DNA of 64,000 bases. Origin: Actinomycetota bacterium. Lineage in GTDB: Bacteria; Actinomycetota; Actinomycetes; Mycobacteriales; SCTD01. Location of the stretch: NCBI GenBank assembly GCA_019348355.1, contig JAHWJP010000001.1:12752-76751 (forward strand). The letters are read 5' to 3'. Positions 41,474 to 53,144 of the stretch are shown here, in pieces (within the stretch, counting starts at the first letter, position 1; each line of letters starts with the position of its first letter). A model generated the notes under the pieces. It saw only the letters and a program-made list of their open reading frames with translations. It did no database searches and was not told where the DNA came from. A program made the translations under genes and the position numbers.

Positions 41474-43489
41474 CTACCGCAGCAGCTCTGGCACCTCCCA
41501 CTCCTGGTCCAGGACATGCACGGCCAGGAACGCCAGCACCGTCTCGTACCAGATCTTGGCGTGCTGCGGCATCAGGACCCAGTGGTTCTCGTTCGGGAAG
41601 TACAGGAACCGGTGCGGCATCGTCTCGGGGTCCTCGGCGCGCGCACACAGCTCCCACCAGAGCCGCAGTCCCTCGCCGATCGGCACCCGGTAGTCCTTGT
41701 CGCCGTGGATGACCAGCATCGGCGAGCGGATCTCGTCGGCGTACCGGCTCGGGCTGTGCTCCCGCGACATCTGCGCGGTCATCTCCCGGGTCCAGTAGTA
41801 GGCCGCGTCGGTCGTCGGCCCGAACTGCTCGAGGTCCCACAGGCTCGCGTGCGTGACGACGGCGCGGAAGCGGTCGGTGTGACCGGCGATCCAGTTGGCC
41901 ATGTAGCCGCCGAAGCTGCCGCCCATCGCCGCCGTACGTCCGACATCGACGGCCGGGTGCTCGAGCGCGGCGTCGGTCAGGGCCAGCAGATCGGTGTACG
42001 GCGCGTCGCCCCACGCGCCCCATCCGCGGGTGACCATCGCTCGGCCGTAGCCGGTCGACAGCGCCGGGTCGGGCAGCAGCACGGCGTAGCCGCGGGCCGC
42101 CATCAGCCACGGGTTCCACCGCCACGACCAGCCGTTCCACGAGCCGAGCGGACCGCCGTGCACCCACAACAGCAGCGGATGCGGACCGTCGCCGCCGGGC
42201 AACGCGAGCCAGGCCCGCAGGGCCGTGCCGTCCCCGGCGGTCGTCGTGACCTCGGTCAGACTGCCCGGCGGCGAAGGCGCGGTCGGAGGTCCGGGCAGCG
42301 CCGTCGGCTGCTGGTCCTCGGTCCGTGCATCCAGGCGTACGGGGGCGGCCGCCGCATCGACCGCGTCCCGCAGCGCGTAGACGCTCTCGCCGTCGGGGGC
42401 GACGCACAGGTCGGTGTAATGGCCGGCGTCACCGGTCAACCGGGTCACCGCGCCGGTCGCGAGCTCGACCCGGAACACCGGGCGGCGTCCCTGCTCGTCG
42501 GCCGTGACGATCAGCGCCGCGCCGTCGGACGTCCACCGGTGTCCCGAGGGCCAGCGGTCCCAGTGCGGCGCGACCTCGCGCGGCTCGGCCGATCCGTCGA
42601 GCGGCAGGACGATCAGGCGCATGTCGACCGGCTCGGCCGGAGTGCTGCGTCGCTCGAGCAGGCAAGCGAGCTGCGTGCCGTCCGGCGAGATGCGCGGGGA
42701 GTCCCAGTCGCTGCTTCCGTCGTCGGCGAGCACGCGCCGCTCCCCGGTGGAGGTGTCGAGGGCGACGAGCGTGGTGCGCCGTGAGCCGTGCGGCTCGGCG
42801 ACGGCCCAGGTGGTGACCGCCGTCCTGCCGTCCGGGGTCAGATCCATCTGCCCGCCGTGCAGTGCCCGGCCGGGCGCCGGGGTGAGATCGCGCCACTCGA
42901 CAGCGTCGTCCTCCGGCGGTTCGGTCACCAGCAGCCGCGCCTGCCCAACGCCGAGGTCCTTGTCCCAGTAGCGGACCGGGTAGCCCGCGTGCAAGACCGC
43001 GTCGACCTTCCTGTCCTTTCGGGCTTTTCGCCTATCCTCATCGCTGGACGTGTCGGTCGAGGCAGGCAGCGTGTCGGACAGTACGGCCACCGTGCCGGCC
43101 TCGCGGGCCACGATGACCGCGCCGATCCCGCCCGGGCGGGTGCCGACGACGCGCGCCTCCCCGGTGACCGGCAGCAGCCACAGGGCGGTCGGCGTCTCGT
43201 CTTCGTCATCGTCGCCGGAGGGGTCCGGGCGGGCGGAGGTGAACAGCACCTCACCGGCCGGAGTGAACACGGCACCGCCCTCGCCCTTGGCGCTGCGGGT
43301 CAGCCGTCGGGCCGGCCGCACTCCGGTCGGGTCGACCTCCCAGATCGCGCTGACGTAGCGGGTGCTCTTGGCGTTCAGCGTGGCGACGGTCGTGACGAGC
43401 CGGGTGCCGTCGTGACTCAGCGCCAGACCGGAGATGCGGGGCAGGGCGAGGTAGGCGTCGAGGTCGTCATAGGGGTCGGGATCAAGCAT
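41474..43489 (-). CDS. S9 family (prolyl oligopeptidase-like) peptidase
   Basis: HGGP, GGSFGG, HGDKDYRV, ENHW. Confidence 0.93.
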   Translation of the reverse strand: MLDPDPYDDLDAYLALPRISGLALSHDGTRLVTTVATLNAKSTRYVSAIWEVDPTGVRPARRLTRSAKGEGGAVFTPAGEVLFTSARPDPSGDDDEDETPTALWLLPVTGEARVVGTRPGGIGAVIVAREAGTVAVLSDTLPASTDTSSDEDRRKARKDRKVDAVLHAGYPVRYWDKDLGVGQARLLVTEPPEDDAVEWRDLTPAPGRALHGGQMDLTPDGRTAVTTWAVAEPHGSRRTTLVALDTSTGERRVLADDGSSDWDSPRISPDGTQLACLLERRSTPAEPVDMRLIVLPLDGSAEPREVAPHWDRWPSGHRWTSDGAALIVTADEQGRRPVFRVELATGAVTRLTGDAGHYTDLCVAPDGESVYALRDAVDAAAAPVRLDARTEDQQPTALPGPPTAPSPPGSLTEVTTTAGDGTALRAWLALPGGDGPHPLLLWVHGGPLGSWNGWSWRWNPWLMAARGYAVLLPDPALSTGYGRAMVTRGWGAWGDAPYTDLLALTDAALEHPAVDVGRTAAMGGSFGGYMANWIAGHTDRFRAVVTHASLWDLEQFGPTTDAAYYWTREMTAQMSREHSPSRYADEIRSPMLVIHGDKDYRVPIGEGLRLWWELCARAEDPETMPHRFLYFPNENHWVLMPQHAKIWYETVLAFLAVHVLDQEWEVPELLR

Positions 43490-43503
43490 GAGAGCCTGCC
43501 ACC

Positions 43504-44034
43504 TCAGCGTTGCAGTCGGACCGTGACCTCGAAGGGAACGGTCACCGTCAGCGGCTCAGACCCGGCGACGCGCTCGGTCTCGACGTACAAGCCGTCGGTC
43601 AGCGTCAGGACGGTGAGCGACGGCTCGACGGGGTCGACGAGCCAGTACGACGGGACGCCCGCCTCGGCGTAGATGCTCCACTTGCCGGTCACGTCGCGCC
43701 GACGGGTGCTGCGCGACAGGACCTCGACGACCAGCAAAGGCGCGACGGTCGTACCCCGCTCCTCGCAGTCGGCGGTGCGGGCGACCGTGACGTCGGCCAT
43801 CACGAACGACGTGTCGTCGTAGTAATAGCCAAAGTTGGAGCCGAGCACCTCCACACCTTCTGGCGCGGCGTTCCAGAGCTGGGCCGCAATCGCGATGTCC
43901 AGGCGTTCGTGACCGAAGGTGGCAGGCGGAGTCACGACGACGCACCCGTCGAGCACCTCGTAGCGCAGGCCGTTCTCGTCGAGGAAAGCCAACAGCTCGG
44001 GAAAGACCTGCGCCTCATGCGGCGTCGCCGTCAT
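43504..44034 (-). CDS. Uma2 (DUF820) endonuclease
   Basis: RYEVLDG, TPPA..H, LVVEVLSRST, YAEAGVPSYWLVDP. Confidence 0.9.
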   Translation of the reverse strand: MTATPHEAQVFPELLAFLDENGLRYEVLDGCVVVTPPATFGHERLDIAIAAQLWNAAPEGVEVLGSNFGYYYDDTSFVMADVTVARTADCEERGTTVAPLLVVEVLSRSTRRRDVTGKWSIYAEAGVPSYWLVDPVEPSLTVLTLTDGLYVETERVAGSEPLTVTVPFEVTVRLQR

Positions 44035-44088
44035 CTGCTGCTCCTCTCATGGCGCGAGACGCTGCCACGATCCACGCGACACTCCCGG

Positions 44089-44097
44089 TTGTCCACA
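44089..44097. promoter_or_regulatory. DnaA-box sequence TTGTCCACA
   Basis: Exact consensus in the 66-bp lepA-Uma2 intergenic gap. Confidence 0.5.
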
Positions 44098-44100
44098 GCG

Positions 44101-45921
<1,821 letters not shown>

Positions 45922-46080
45922 GTTCCATCCTACGGTCGGATCCGGCGCTCCCTCGTGGGCGCGCGCCGGCCTGACCCGCCCTGCTACCGTCTCCGCGAAC
46001 GCGCGCCGCGTTGTCGGCTGCCGTACGCCTGCAGGATCCGCCCCTGATCAGCATCTACCGAGAACCGAGGACGACGCCGC

Positions 46081-46356
46081 GTGGCCAACATTCAGTCGCA
46101 GATCAAGCGCATCAAGACCAACGAGAAGGCTCGGCTGCGCAACAAGTCGGTCAAGTCCTCGCTCAAGACGGCGATCCGCAAGTTCCGCGAGGCCGCTGAC
46201 GCCGGTGATGCGGCGGCCGCTTCGACGCTGGCACGCGACGCCGGGCGGGCGCTCGACAAGGCGGCCAGCAAGGGCGTCATCCACGCCAACCAGGCTGCGA
46301 ACCGCAAGTCGGCGCTCGCCAGGCGGGTCGAGCAGTTGAGCGCAAGCGCCTCCTAG
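46081..46356 (+). CDS. rpsT: 30S ribosomal protein S20
   Basis: ANIQSQIKR...RNKSVKS...[14 protein letters not shown]. Confidence 0.97.
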   Translation: MANIQSQIKRIKTNEKARLRNKSVKSSLKTAIRKFREAADAGDAAAASTLARDAGRALDKAASKGVIHANQAANRKSALARRVEQLSASAS

Positions 46357-46883
46357 GTCCGTCCAGCCCGACGGCGCCGGTTCCCTTTCGAGGCCGGCGC
46401 TTTCTGCTTCCCGGCACGGGCCGGCTCGTCCGGGCGGACCCGCGGCGGCTTCAGCAGGAGCCCGGCAAGGGCGTCGTTGGCCTTGACCACGCCGGCCACC
46501 GCCAGCGGCAGCACCAGCAGCGTCCAGGCCGACGCGAGATCGGCGAGCACCAGCAAAATGGCCACGGCGATGACGCCCTCGCCGAGCAGCGCTCGCTGGA
46601 GAGCGTTGGGCGCGATGTGGCGCAGCCGGAGCAGCCGGATGTAGAGCGGCCGCTTCTTGGTGGCCTCCGGCGCGGCGCGGCCGGGCGCCTCCCGGCCGGC
46701 GGGCACTGCCCGGCCCGCGGGGGCCTGTCGGCGTGCGGGGACGGTCCTGCCGCCTGGCCACCTCCCGACAAGATCATCAGGAGCCTGCCGCGCAACACGC
46801 TGGGCGGGTCCGGCGGCGATCGTCTGATGATCTTCGAGTCTGGTCGGCTGGTCGGCCTCGCGGCGTCGGCTGGGCGAGGTCAC
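46353..46883 (-). CDS. Conserved membrane hypothetical protein (start uncertain)
   Basis: [12 protein letters not shown]...EG...[26 protein letters not shown] overlaps the holA stop. Confidence 0.6.
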   Translation of the reverse strand: MTSPSRRREADQPTRLEDHQTIAAGPAQRVARQAPDDLVGRWPGGRTVPARRQAPAGRAVPAGREAPGRAAPEATKKRPLYIRLLRLRHIAPNALQRALLGEGVIAVAILLVLADLASAWTLLVLPLAVAGVVKANDALAGLLLKPPRVRPDEPARAGKQKAPASKGNRRRRAGRT

Positions 46884-47848
46884 CGGCTCGCTCCGCGCGC
46901 CTGGACGACCGCGAGCAGGACGCGCTCCACGGCGTAGGCCGAGTCGGCGGCCCCACCCTTCACGCCGGCGTCCGCGAGGGCGACCGCCGACAGCGCATCG
47001 GACAACCCCTCGGGGCGCCACCCACGTGCCTGCTTCTGGGTCTTCTCGACCTTCCACGTCGGCATGCCGAGCTCTCCGGCGATCACCGGAACCGAGGCCC
47101 GCCCAGCACTCGCGACCAGAGCCATGGAGCGCAGAGTACTGGCGAGGGCGCTCGTGACGAGGACCGGTGCGAGGCCGGCGCTCTGGCCCCAGCGGGCGAG
47201 CTCGAGCGCGCCGCCGAGGTCGCCCTCGACGGCCCGGTCTGCAACGTGGAATCCCGAGGACTCTGCCCGGCCCCGGTGATAGCGGGTCACCGCCTCCGCC
47301 GTGATCGGGCCGTCGGTGTCCGAGCGCAGCTGCCCGGCCGCCGACACCAACTCGCGCAGGTCACTGCCGACGGCCTCCAGCAGCAGCCCGACGGCGTCCT
47401 CGTCGACCGCCCGACCGTCCGCGCGCAGCTCCCGGCGCAGGAAGTCCCGCCTCTCCCCGTACCTGGTGATCTTCGGCGCATCGATCCGGTGTGGGCGAAG
47501 CGCCGCCAGCGCGCTCAGCAGCGCCTTGCCCTTGGCTCCGCCGGCGTGGACGACGACGACATGGACGTCGTCCAGCGGCGCCGCGGCGTAGGCGAGCAGT
47601 TCAGCGGCCACCTCCTTGGGCAGATCCTGGGCGGTACGGATCACCAGCACCCGGCGCTCGCCGAACAGTGAGGGGCTGAGCATCTCGTCGAGGTCGCCGG
47701 TCTGCAGGTCGGCGGCGGCGACGTCGCGCAGCTCGGTGTCGGGGTCGGCGTCGCGGGCGGCCCGCACGACCGCCGACACTGCCCGGCTCAGCAGCAGCTC
47801 CTCGTCCCCGACGACCAGCGTCAGCGGGACGAGGGGGGAGGCAGTCAC
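46880..47848 (-). CDS. holA: DNA polymerase III delta subunit
   Basis: GDEELL, SPSLF, HAGGAKGK, VGSDLREL, MPTWK, DAGVKG; lies between comEC and rpsT. Confidence 0.92.
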   Translation of the reverse strand: MTASPLVPLTLVVGDEELLLSRAVSAVVRAARDADPDTELRDVAAADLQTGDLDEMLSPSLFGERRVLVIRTAQDLPKEVAAELLAYAAAPLDDVHVVVVHAGGAKGKALLSALAALRPHRIDAPKITRYGERRDFLRRELRADGRAVDEDAVGLLLEAVGSDLRELVSAAGQLRSDTDGPITAEAVTRYHRGRAESSGFHVADRAVEGDLGGALELARWGQSAGLAPVLVTSALASTLRSMALVASAGRASVPVIAGELGMPTWKVEKTQKQARGWRPEGLSDALSAVALADAGVKGGAADSAYAVERVLLAVVQARGASR

Positions 47849-47875
47849 CGGCCCATCCTGGCATGCAGACGGTGA

Positions 47876-50206
47876 TCATCGGTCCCGTCCGAGCACGACC
47901 AGGCGGCCGTTCCGGTGGGTCAGGGCGATGTCACCGTCGAGATCGGTACGGAACGACGCCGCCCCGTGGGCAACCAGCCGGCCGAGGATGTCCGCCGACG
48001 GGTGGCCGTAGCTGTTGTCGGCGCCGACCGAGGTGAGGACCACCGAGGCGCCGACGGCGTCGAGAAACGCCGGCTCCTGGTGGTCGCTGCCGTGGTGCGG
48101 GACCTTGAGCACGGTGGCCCGGATGTCGGCACTGCGGACGAGCAGGTCGCGTTGCGCCTCCGGCTCGATGTCGCCGGTCAGCAGCACCGTGGTCGGACCG
48201 ACCGAGACCCGCACGACCAGCGAGTTGTTGTTCGGGTCCGAGCTGGTACCGCGATAACGGCGAGCGGGCGCGACGACCTCCCACTGCAGGGCGCCGACCG
48301 CCCGCCGCTCGCGCAGGGCGGACCGCTGCAACGGCACGCCCGCCCGGGCCGCCTGCTCGACCACGTCGCGCTGCTGTTCCTCCGGGTCGTCGAGCGGCCC
48401 GATCACGACCGCACCGACGCTCCGGCCGCGCAGCACCCCGGGCAGGCCGTCGACGTGGTCGGCGTGCAGGTGGGTGAGCAGGACGAGCGGCACCTGGCGC
48501 ACCCCGAGCCGGCGAAGGCAGCCGTCTATCGCCGCCGGGTCGGGTCCGGCATCGACGACGATCGCGCTGCCGGAACCGGCGGACAGCACGACGGCATCAC
48601 CCTGCCCGACGTCGCATGCCACGAGGAACCAGCCCGGTGGCGGCCAGGTCGGCCGGGCCGCCGCGAGACCGGTCGTCGCGACGAGCACCCCGGTCGCGGC
48701 GGCGAGCAGGGCGAGCCGGGCCCGCCTGCGCGCGAGCGCCGGCAGGAGCGCGGCGGTCAGCGCCGCCAGCAGCAGCGCTCCCCAGAGCCCGTCCGGCCAC
48801 GGCACGGTGGCGCCGGGCAGCGAAGCACCGACCCGGGCGACCAGCACCAGCCAGGCGGTCGGCAACCAGCCGATCCAGGCCACCGCCTGCGCGGCCGGCA
48901 GCCAGACCGGCGCGAGCAGGGCCGCGAGCACCCCGGTCACCGTCGCCGGGGCGACCGCCGGAACGGCCAGCAGGTTGGCCGGCACCGACAGCAGGCCGAG
49001 CTGGGAGGAGATCGCCACGACCACCGGACCGCAGGCGACTTGCGCCGCGGCGGGGACGGCCAGCGCGTCGGCGAGCCAGCCCGGCATGTGCCTCGCCCAC
49101 CGCTCACGCCACGTCGGTGCGAGCACCAGCAGACCCGCGGTCGCGAGCACCGACAGCGCGAAGCCGGGGGTGGCCGCGAGATCCGGGTCGACCAGCACCA
49201 GGACCAGCACCGCAGTGGCCAGCGCCGGCATCGCCGCCCTGCGGTTGCCCGAGGACAGGGCGACCAGGGCGACCAGCCCCATCACCGCCGCCCGCAGGAC
49301 GCTCGGCGACGGACGCGCGAGCACCACGAAACCGGCGAGGGCGACGGCTGCCAGCACCGGGCTGGCCCGCAGTCCGACCCGTAACCGACGGCTGAGCAGC
49401 AGCACCGCGCCGACGACGATCGCGACGTTGGTGCCGGAGACGGCCGTCAGGTGCGTGAGCCCCACGGTCCGGAAGTCCTCCCGCACAGCAGGGTCCAGCT
49501 GGCTGGTGTCCCCGACCACCAGGCCCGGCAGCAGCCCCTGCTCCGCCGCCGGCAGCGGGTCGACGGCTCGGCGCAGCCCGGCCCGCAGGTGTCCTGCGGC
49601 CCGCTGAACGGTGCTGGGACCGGACAGCACCACCGGCGGACCGCGGCCGGAGAGCACGGCAGCGACGTCGTCTCCGCGCTCGGGTGGCCGCAGTCTTCCT
49701 TCGACCTGGACCCGCTGGCTGGGCAGCAGCGGCAGCCAGGCCGGGTCCGAAGTCAGCACCACGACCGGGGAACGAAGGCGGTACGTCCGGCCGGCCGTCC
49801 GCAGCACCTCGACACGCACCCGGGCGACGACCAGCTCGCGGTCGCCGCTCCCCGCCGCAGCTGGGCCCAGAGCCTTCCTCGGGTCGTCGAGCAGGACCGC
49901 CTCGACGGTGACGGCGGCCGCCCGGTCGGCAGCGGTCGCGAGCGGTCCGGTGCTGCGCGAGGCCGTGTGCAGCGCGGTCACGGTCGCCGACGCGGCAGAG
50001 CAGCCGAGCACGGCCACGAACACCAGCATCCGACCCCGGCGGTGCACACCGAGCAGCACGATCGCGAAGATCAGCATGACGCCCGCGGCACCGAAGAGCA
50101 CTCCCGGTGGGAGCAGCCGGCCCTGCCACGCCACGACCCACGCGGCGAGCGCCGGCGGGACGAGGCGCAGGTCGAGCCGCTCCGAGGCGTTCGGCAGCGC
50201 CGGCAT
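47876..50206 (-). CDS. comEC: Competence protein ComEC/Rec2
   Basis: GLTHLTAVSGTN, PSVLRAA, GFALS, DVGQGD, THLHADH, KVPHHGS, NSYGHP. Confidence 0.95.
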   Translation of the reverse strand: MPALPNASERLDLRLVPPALAAWVVAWQGRLLPPGVLFGAAGVMLIFAIVLLGVHRRGRMLVFVAVLGCSAASATVTALHTASRSTGPLATAADRAAAVTVEAVLLDDPRKALGPAAAGSGDRELVVARVRVEVLRTAGRTYRLRSPVVVLTSDPAWLPLLPSQRVQVEGRLRPPERGDDVAAVLSGRGPPVVLSGPSTVQRAAGHLRAGLRRAVDPLPAAEQGLLPGLVVGDTSQLDPAVREDFRTVGLTHLTAVSGTNVAIVVGAVLLLSRRLRVGLRASPVLAAVALAGFVVLARPSPSVLRAAVMGLVALVALSSGNRRAAMPALATAVLVLVLVDPDLAATPGFALSVLATAGLLVLAPTWRERWARHMPGWLADALAVPAAAQVACGPVVVAISSQLGLLSVPANLLAVPAVAPATVTGVLAALLAPVWLPAAQAVAWIGWLPTAWLVLVARVGASLPGATVPWPDGLWGALLLAALTAALLPALARRRARLALLAAATGVLVATTGLAAARPTWPPPGWFLVACDVGQGDAVVLSAGSGSAIVVDAGPDPAAIDGCLRRLGVRQVPLVLLTHLHADHVDGLPGVLRGRSVGAVVIGPLDDPEEQQRDVVEQAARAGVPLQRSALRERRAVGALQWEVVAPARRYRGTSSDPNNNSLVVRVSVGPTTVLLTGDIEPEAQRDLLVRSADIRATVLKVPHHGSDHQEPAFLDAVGASVVLTSVGADNSYGHPSADILGRLVAHGAASFRTDLDGDIALTHRNGRLVVLGRDR

Positions 50207-51045
50207 CAGACGGTGACCTTGGCCTCGAGATCGGCGTACTTCGCCTCGCCGATGCCGGTCACTTCACGCAACTGCTCGACGCTGTCGAAGCGGTCGTTCT
50301 CCGTGCGCCAGTCCACGATGCGCTGCGCCAGCACCGGACCGATGCCTGGTAGCGCGTCGAGGTCCGAGACGCTGGCGGTGTTCAAGTCGAGCAGGCCGCC
50401 CTGGGCGGCCGCTGCTGATGGGGTGGAGGCGCCCGGTGGCGGGTCGACTCCCACCAGCACCTGCTCGCCGTCGACGAGCTTGCGGGCGAGGTTCAGCAGG
50501 TCGGTGGAGGCGCCGGGCGTCGGTCCGCCGACCGCTGCCAGCGCATCGGCGACGCGGCTGCCCGCCGGCAGGCGGACGAGCCCGGGCCGCACGACCAGGC
50601 CGGCGACCGCGACGACCACCTCCGGCTGCTCGGCCGCGGGAGCTGCGGTGGTTCCCGGCAGCGGGACGCCGGCGTCGAGAACGGCGGGGACGACGACCTC
50701 CTGTGGCCGCCCCCGGAGGACCACCCCGCCCGCGACGACGGCCCCGAGCAGGGCGACCACGACCAGGGCCACCGCGCCGCGGCGACCGGGGTCGAACCGG
50801 CCGTTTCGCACGGCAGCGGGCAGCCACGCCGGGAGAGCGCGCGTCGCGGCGCCCGGCTCGCCGGCCCAGGATCGGGGTAGCAACTCCCCGCAGCTCTCAG
50901 CGGCCGGCGGGTCGGCCGGGTCGATGACGGGACCGTCCTCGTCGTCCTCGGGTGGCACCCAGCCACCCCCCACATGGGCCAGCAGTCCGCTGACGCGCTC
51001 CGCTGAATCCGCCGCCAGGGCGGCCGTGTCGGAGCGGAAGCGCAC
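50206..51045 (-). CDS. comEA: Competence DNA-binding protein ComEA
   Basis: TM, SLBB (GSRVADAL, NLARKLVDGEQ), HhH (LPGIGP, VTGIG). Confidence 0.93.
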   Translation of the reverse strand: MRFRSDTAALAADSAERVSGLLAHVGGGWVPPEDDEDGPVIDPADPPAAESCGELLPRSWAGEPGAATRALPAWLPAAVRNGRFDPGRRGAVALVVVALLGAVVAGGVVLRGRPQEVVVPAVLDAGVPLPGTTAAPAAEQPEVVVAVAGLVVRPGLVRLPAGSRVADALAAVGGPTPGASTDLLNLARKLVDGEQVLVGVDPPPGASTPSAAAAQGGLLDLNTASVSDLDALPGIGPVLAQRIVDWRTENDRFDSVEQLREVTGIGEAKYADLEAKVTV

Positions 51046-51096
51046 GCTCCGGACGGTAGGCAGCCTCGGCGGCGCGCGGGGTGGGTCGGGCAGCAG

Positions 51097-51126
51097 CTGT
51101 GGACGGGCGGACCGGCCTGTGGACGG
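51097..51126. promoter_or_regulatory. Tandem CTGTGGACGG boxes (20-bp period) upstream of comEA
   Basis: Two perfect 10-mers 38 bp from the TACCGT -10. Confidence 0.7.
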
Positions 51127-51696
51127 TCAGGCCTCGCCGGCGCGACGCAGAGCGAGGCGGCGCGTCAGGTTGGCCCGGTGCCGCACCAGGATGACGGCGG
51201 CGAGACCGAACGCCCACAGCACGTCCTCGCCGCGGACGAGCGCGATGCCGAGCACGGACAGTGCGGCAGCCACCGACGCCAGCGCGATCCAGCGCGAGGT
51301 GACCAGGACGGCGGCCCACACCAGGAGCACGACCGGCGCCCAGAGCGGCTGCGCGCCGAGTATCGCTCCGGCCGCCGTCGCGACGCCCTTACCGCCCCTG
51401 CCGCGCAGGAACGGTGACGTGACATGTCCGAGGACGGCGGCGAATCCGGCGAGCAGGCCGGCTCGGTGGTCGACCGCCCCGAAGGCCACCGCCGGGACCA
51501 GCCCCTTGAGCACATCGAGACCGGCGACCGTCAGGCCGGTACGCCGTCCCATCACCCGTCCGGCGTTGGTCGCGCCGGGGTTGCCCGACCCGACCTCGCG
51601 CAGGTCGACACCGCGCCGAGCGGCGATCAGCGTGGCCGGCGAGAGAGCGCCGGCCAGGTAGCCGACGAGCGCGGCGAGCAGCAGCAGGACGGTCAT
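51127..51696 (-). CDS. plsY: Acyl-phosphate:glycerol-3-phosphate acyltransferase
   Basis: DLREVGSGNPGATNAGR, DVLKG, LGH..SPF...GGKGVAT, RHRANL. Confidence 0.93.
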   Translation of the reverse strand: MTVLLLLAALVGYLAGALSPATLIAARRGVDLREVGSGNPGATNAGRVMGRRTGLTVAGLDVLKGLVPAVAFGAVDHRAGLLAGFAAVLGHVTSPFLRGRGGKGVATAAGAILGAQPLWAPVVLLVWAAVLVTSRWIALASVAAALSVLGIALVRGEDVLWAFGLAAVILVRHRANLTRRLALRRAGEA

Positions 51697-52541
51697 CGGC
51701 GCGAGACGACGACCCCGAGCAGGCCGGGGCCGACGTGTGCACCGACGACCGCGCCGACCTCGGACACGTGCATGGCGCCCAGCTGCTGGAGCCGCGCCGC
51801 CAGCCGTTCGGCGAGCGCCGCGGCCTTGTCGGCCGCCGCCAGGTGATGGACGGCGAGGTCCACCTGTCCGGTGCCGGACCGCTCTGCGGCGAGGGCTTCG
51901 AGCCGGGCCAACGCCTTCGACGCAGTGCGCACCTTCTCGAGCGGGGCGATCTGGCCGTCCGCGACGTGCAGCAGCGGCTTGACGGCCAGCGCCGTACCGA
52001 GAAGTGCTGCAGCAGCGCCTATCCGCCCACCCCGTCGAAGATGTTCCAGGGTGTCGACGTAGAACAGCGTGTCCGTGTCTGCGGCCGCCCGCGACGCCGC
52101 CGTGGCGACCGCCTCGAGGCCGCCCCCGTCGCGTGCCGCCCGGGCCGCCGCGAGCACGGCGAACCCGAGCCCCATCGCGATCGTCCGGCTGTCGACGACG
52201 CGCACCTCGATCCCGTCGCCGGCCACCTCGGCCGCCGCGAGGGTGGCCGCCTCGTGCGTCCCGGACAGCTCGGCGGACAGGTGCACCGACACCACCCGGG
52301 CCGCCGCCGTCGCGCGGTAGGCCGCGGCGAACTCCGCCGGCGTCGGACGCGACGTCGACACCTGCACCCGCCGCTCGGCGAGCGCCCCCGCGACGTCCCC
52401 TGGCGACACCTCGGCGCCTTCGGTACCGGTGCGGGTGCCGAGCACGACATGCAGCGGTACGACGCCGACGCCGTACGACGCAGCCATCCCTTCCGGCAGG
52501 TACGCCGTGCTGTCGGTGACCACGGCGACCTGCTGGCTCAT
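51693..52541 (-). CDS. DegV/FakB family fatty-acid-binding protein
   Basis: VVTDST, STSRP, HLSAELSGT, VDS, LEHLRRGGRI, AHVGPG. Confidence 0.93.
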   Translation of the reverse strand: MSQQVAVVTDSTAYLPEGMAASYGVGVVPLHVVLGTRTGTEGAEVSPGDVAGALAERRVQVSTSRPTPAEFAAAYRATAAARVVSVHLSAELSGTHEAATLAAAEVAGDGIEVRVVDSRTIAMGLGFAVLAAARAARDGGGLEAVATAASRAAADTDTLFYVDTLEHLRRGGRIGAAAALLGTALAVKPLLHVADGQIAPLEKVRTASKALARLEALAAERSGTGQVDLAVHHLAAADKAAALAERLAARLQQLGAMHVSEVGAVVGAHVGPGLLGVVVSRR

Positions 52542-52739
52542 GGCCGCGAGGCTAACGGCTCGGGACGCCACCCTGGGTCCCGCAACCTCGAGCCCTGGCG
52601 AATTGCCGGTGCCACAGCGCCGCGAGGCCTGCGACCAGTCGCGCCGGCCGCGTACTGAGTAGAACTGCTCATGGACGTTGCCGGATCGCGGGATCCAGCC
52701 TGAGCAGAGGCGACGTCGGTCGCCACGGAAGGACTGGCC

Positions 52740-53120
52740 ATGAGCGTCTCCCAGCGCGCGAACCTGCGCAGTGCCTACCTCTACCTCATCTGTCTCGTGA
52801 CGCTGGTGATGGTCATCTTCCCGGCGGTCAGCGCGGTGCGCAACATCGTGCAGCTGGCGTATCCCGACCCCGGCTACTTCGGGTACGAGCCGGCGTTCGC
52901 TCCTGACGGGAAGCAGAGCCGCCTCGACCCCGCTGAGGAGGAGCGCCGCAAGCAGGCAGCGCGCGACTCGCAGCAGCACCAGGCGGTCCTCGGCCTGGTC
53001 GGCTCCGGGACCATGCTGCTGATCGCAGGGCCGGCCTACCTGTACCACTGGCGCCGGGTGCAGTCCGAGACGATCGGGAGCCGACCCGCAGCCGACACCC
53101 CACAGGTGCAGCCGGTCTGA
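52740..53120 (+). CDS. Membrane protein (DUF5671-like)
   Basis: RSAYLYLICLVTL...P.YLYHWRR; GAAGGA RBS. Confidence 0.7.
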   Translation: MSVSQRANLRSAYLYLICLVTLVMVIFPAVSAVRNIVQLAYPDPGYFGYEPAFAPDGKQSRLDPAEEERRKQAARDSQQHQAVLGLVGSGTMLLIAGPAYLYHWRRVQSETIGSRPAADTPQVQPV

Positions 53121-53144
53121 GTCCACGGCGAAGCGCACCCTGCC

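Noticed and set aside
49451..51661. 736-aa + strand ORF; likewise 7492-9540, 9969-11858, 37044-38969, 53967-55643 and 56277-58340
   Set aside because: All are antisense or alternative frames of well-supported genes, with low-complexity R/P/A/G composition
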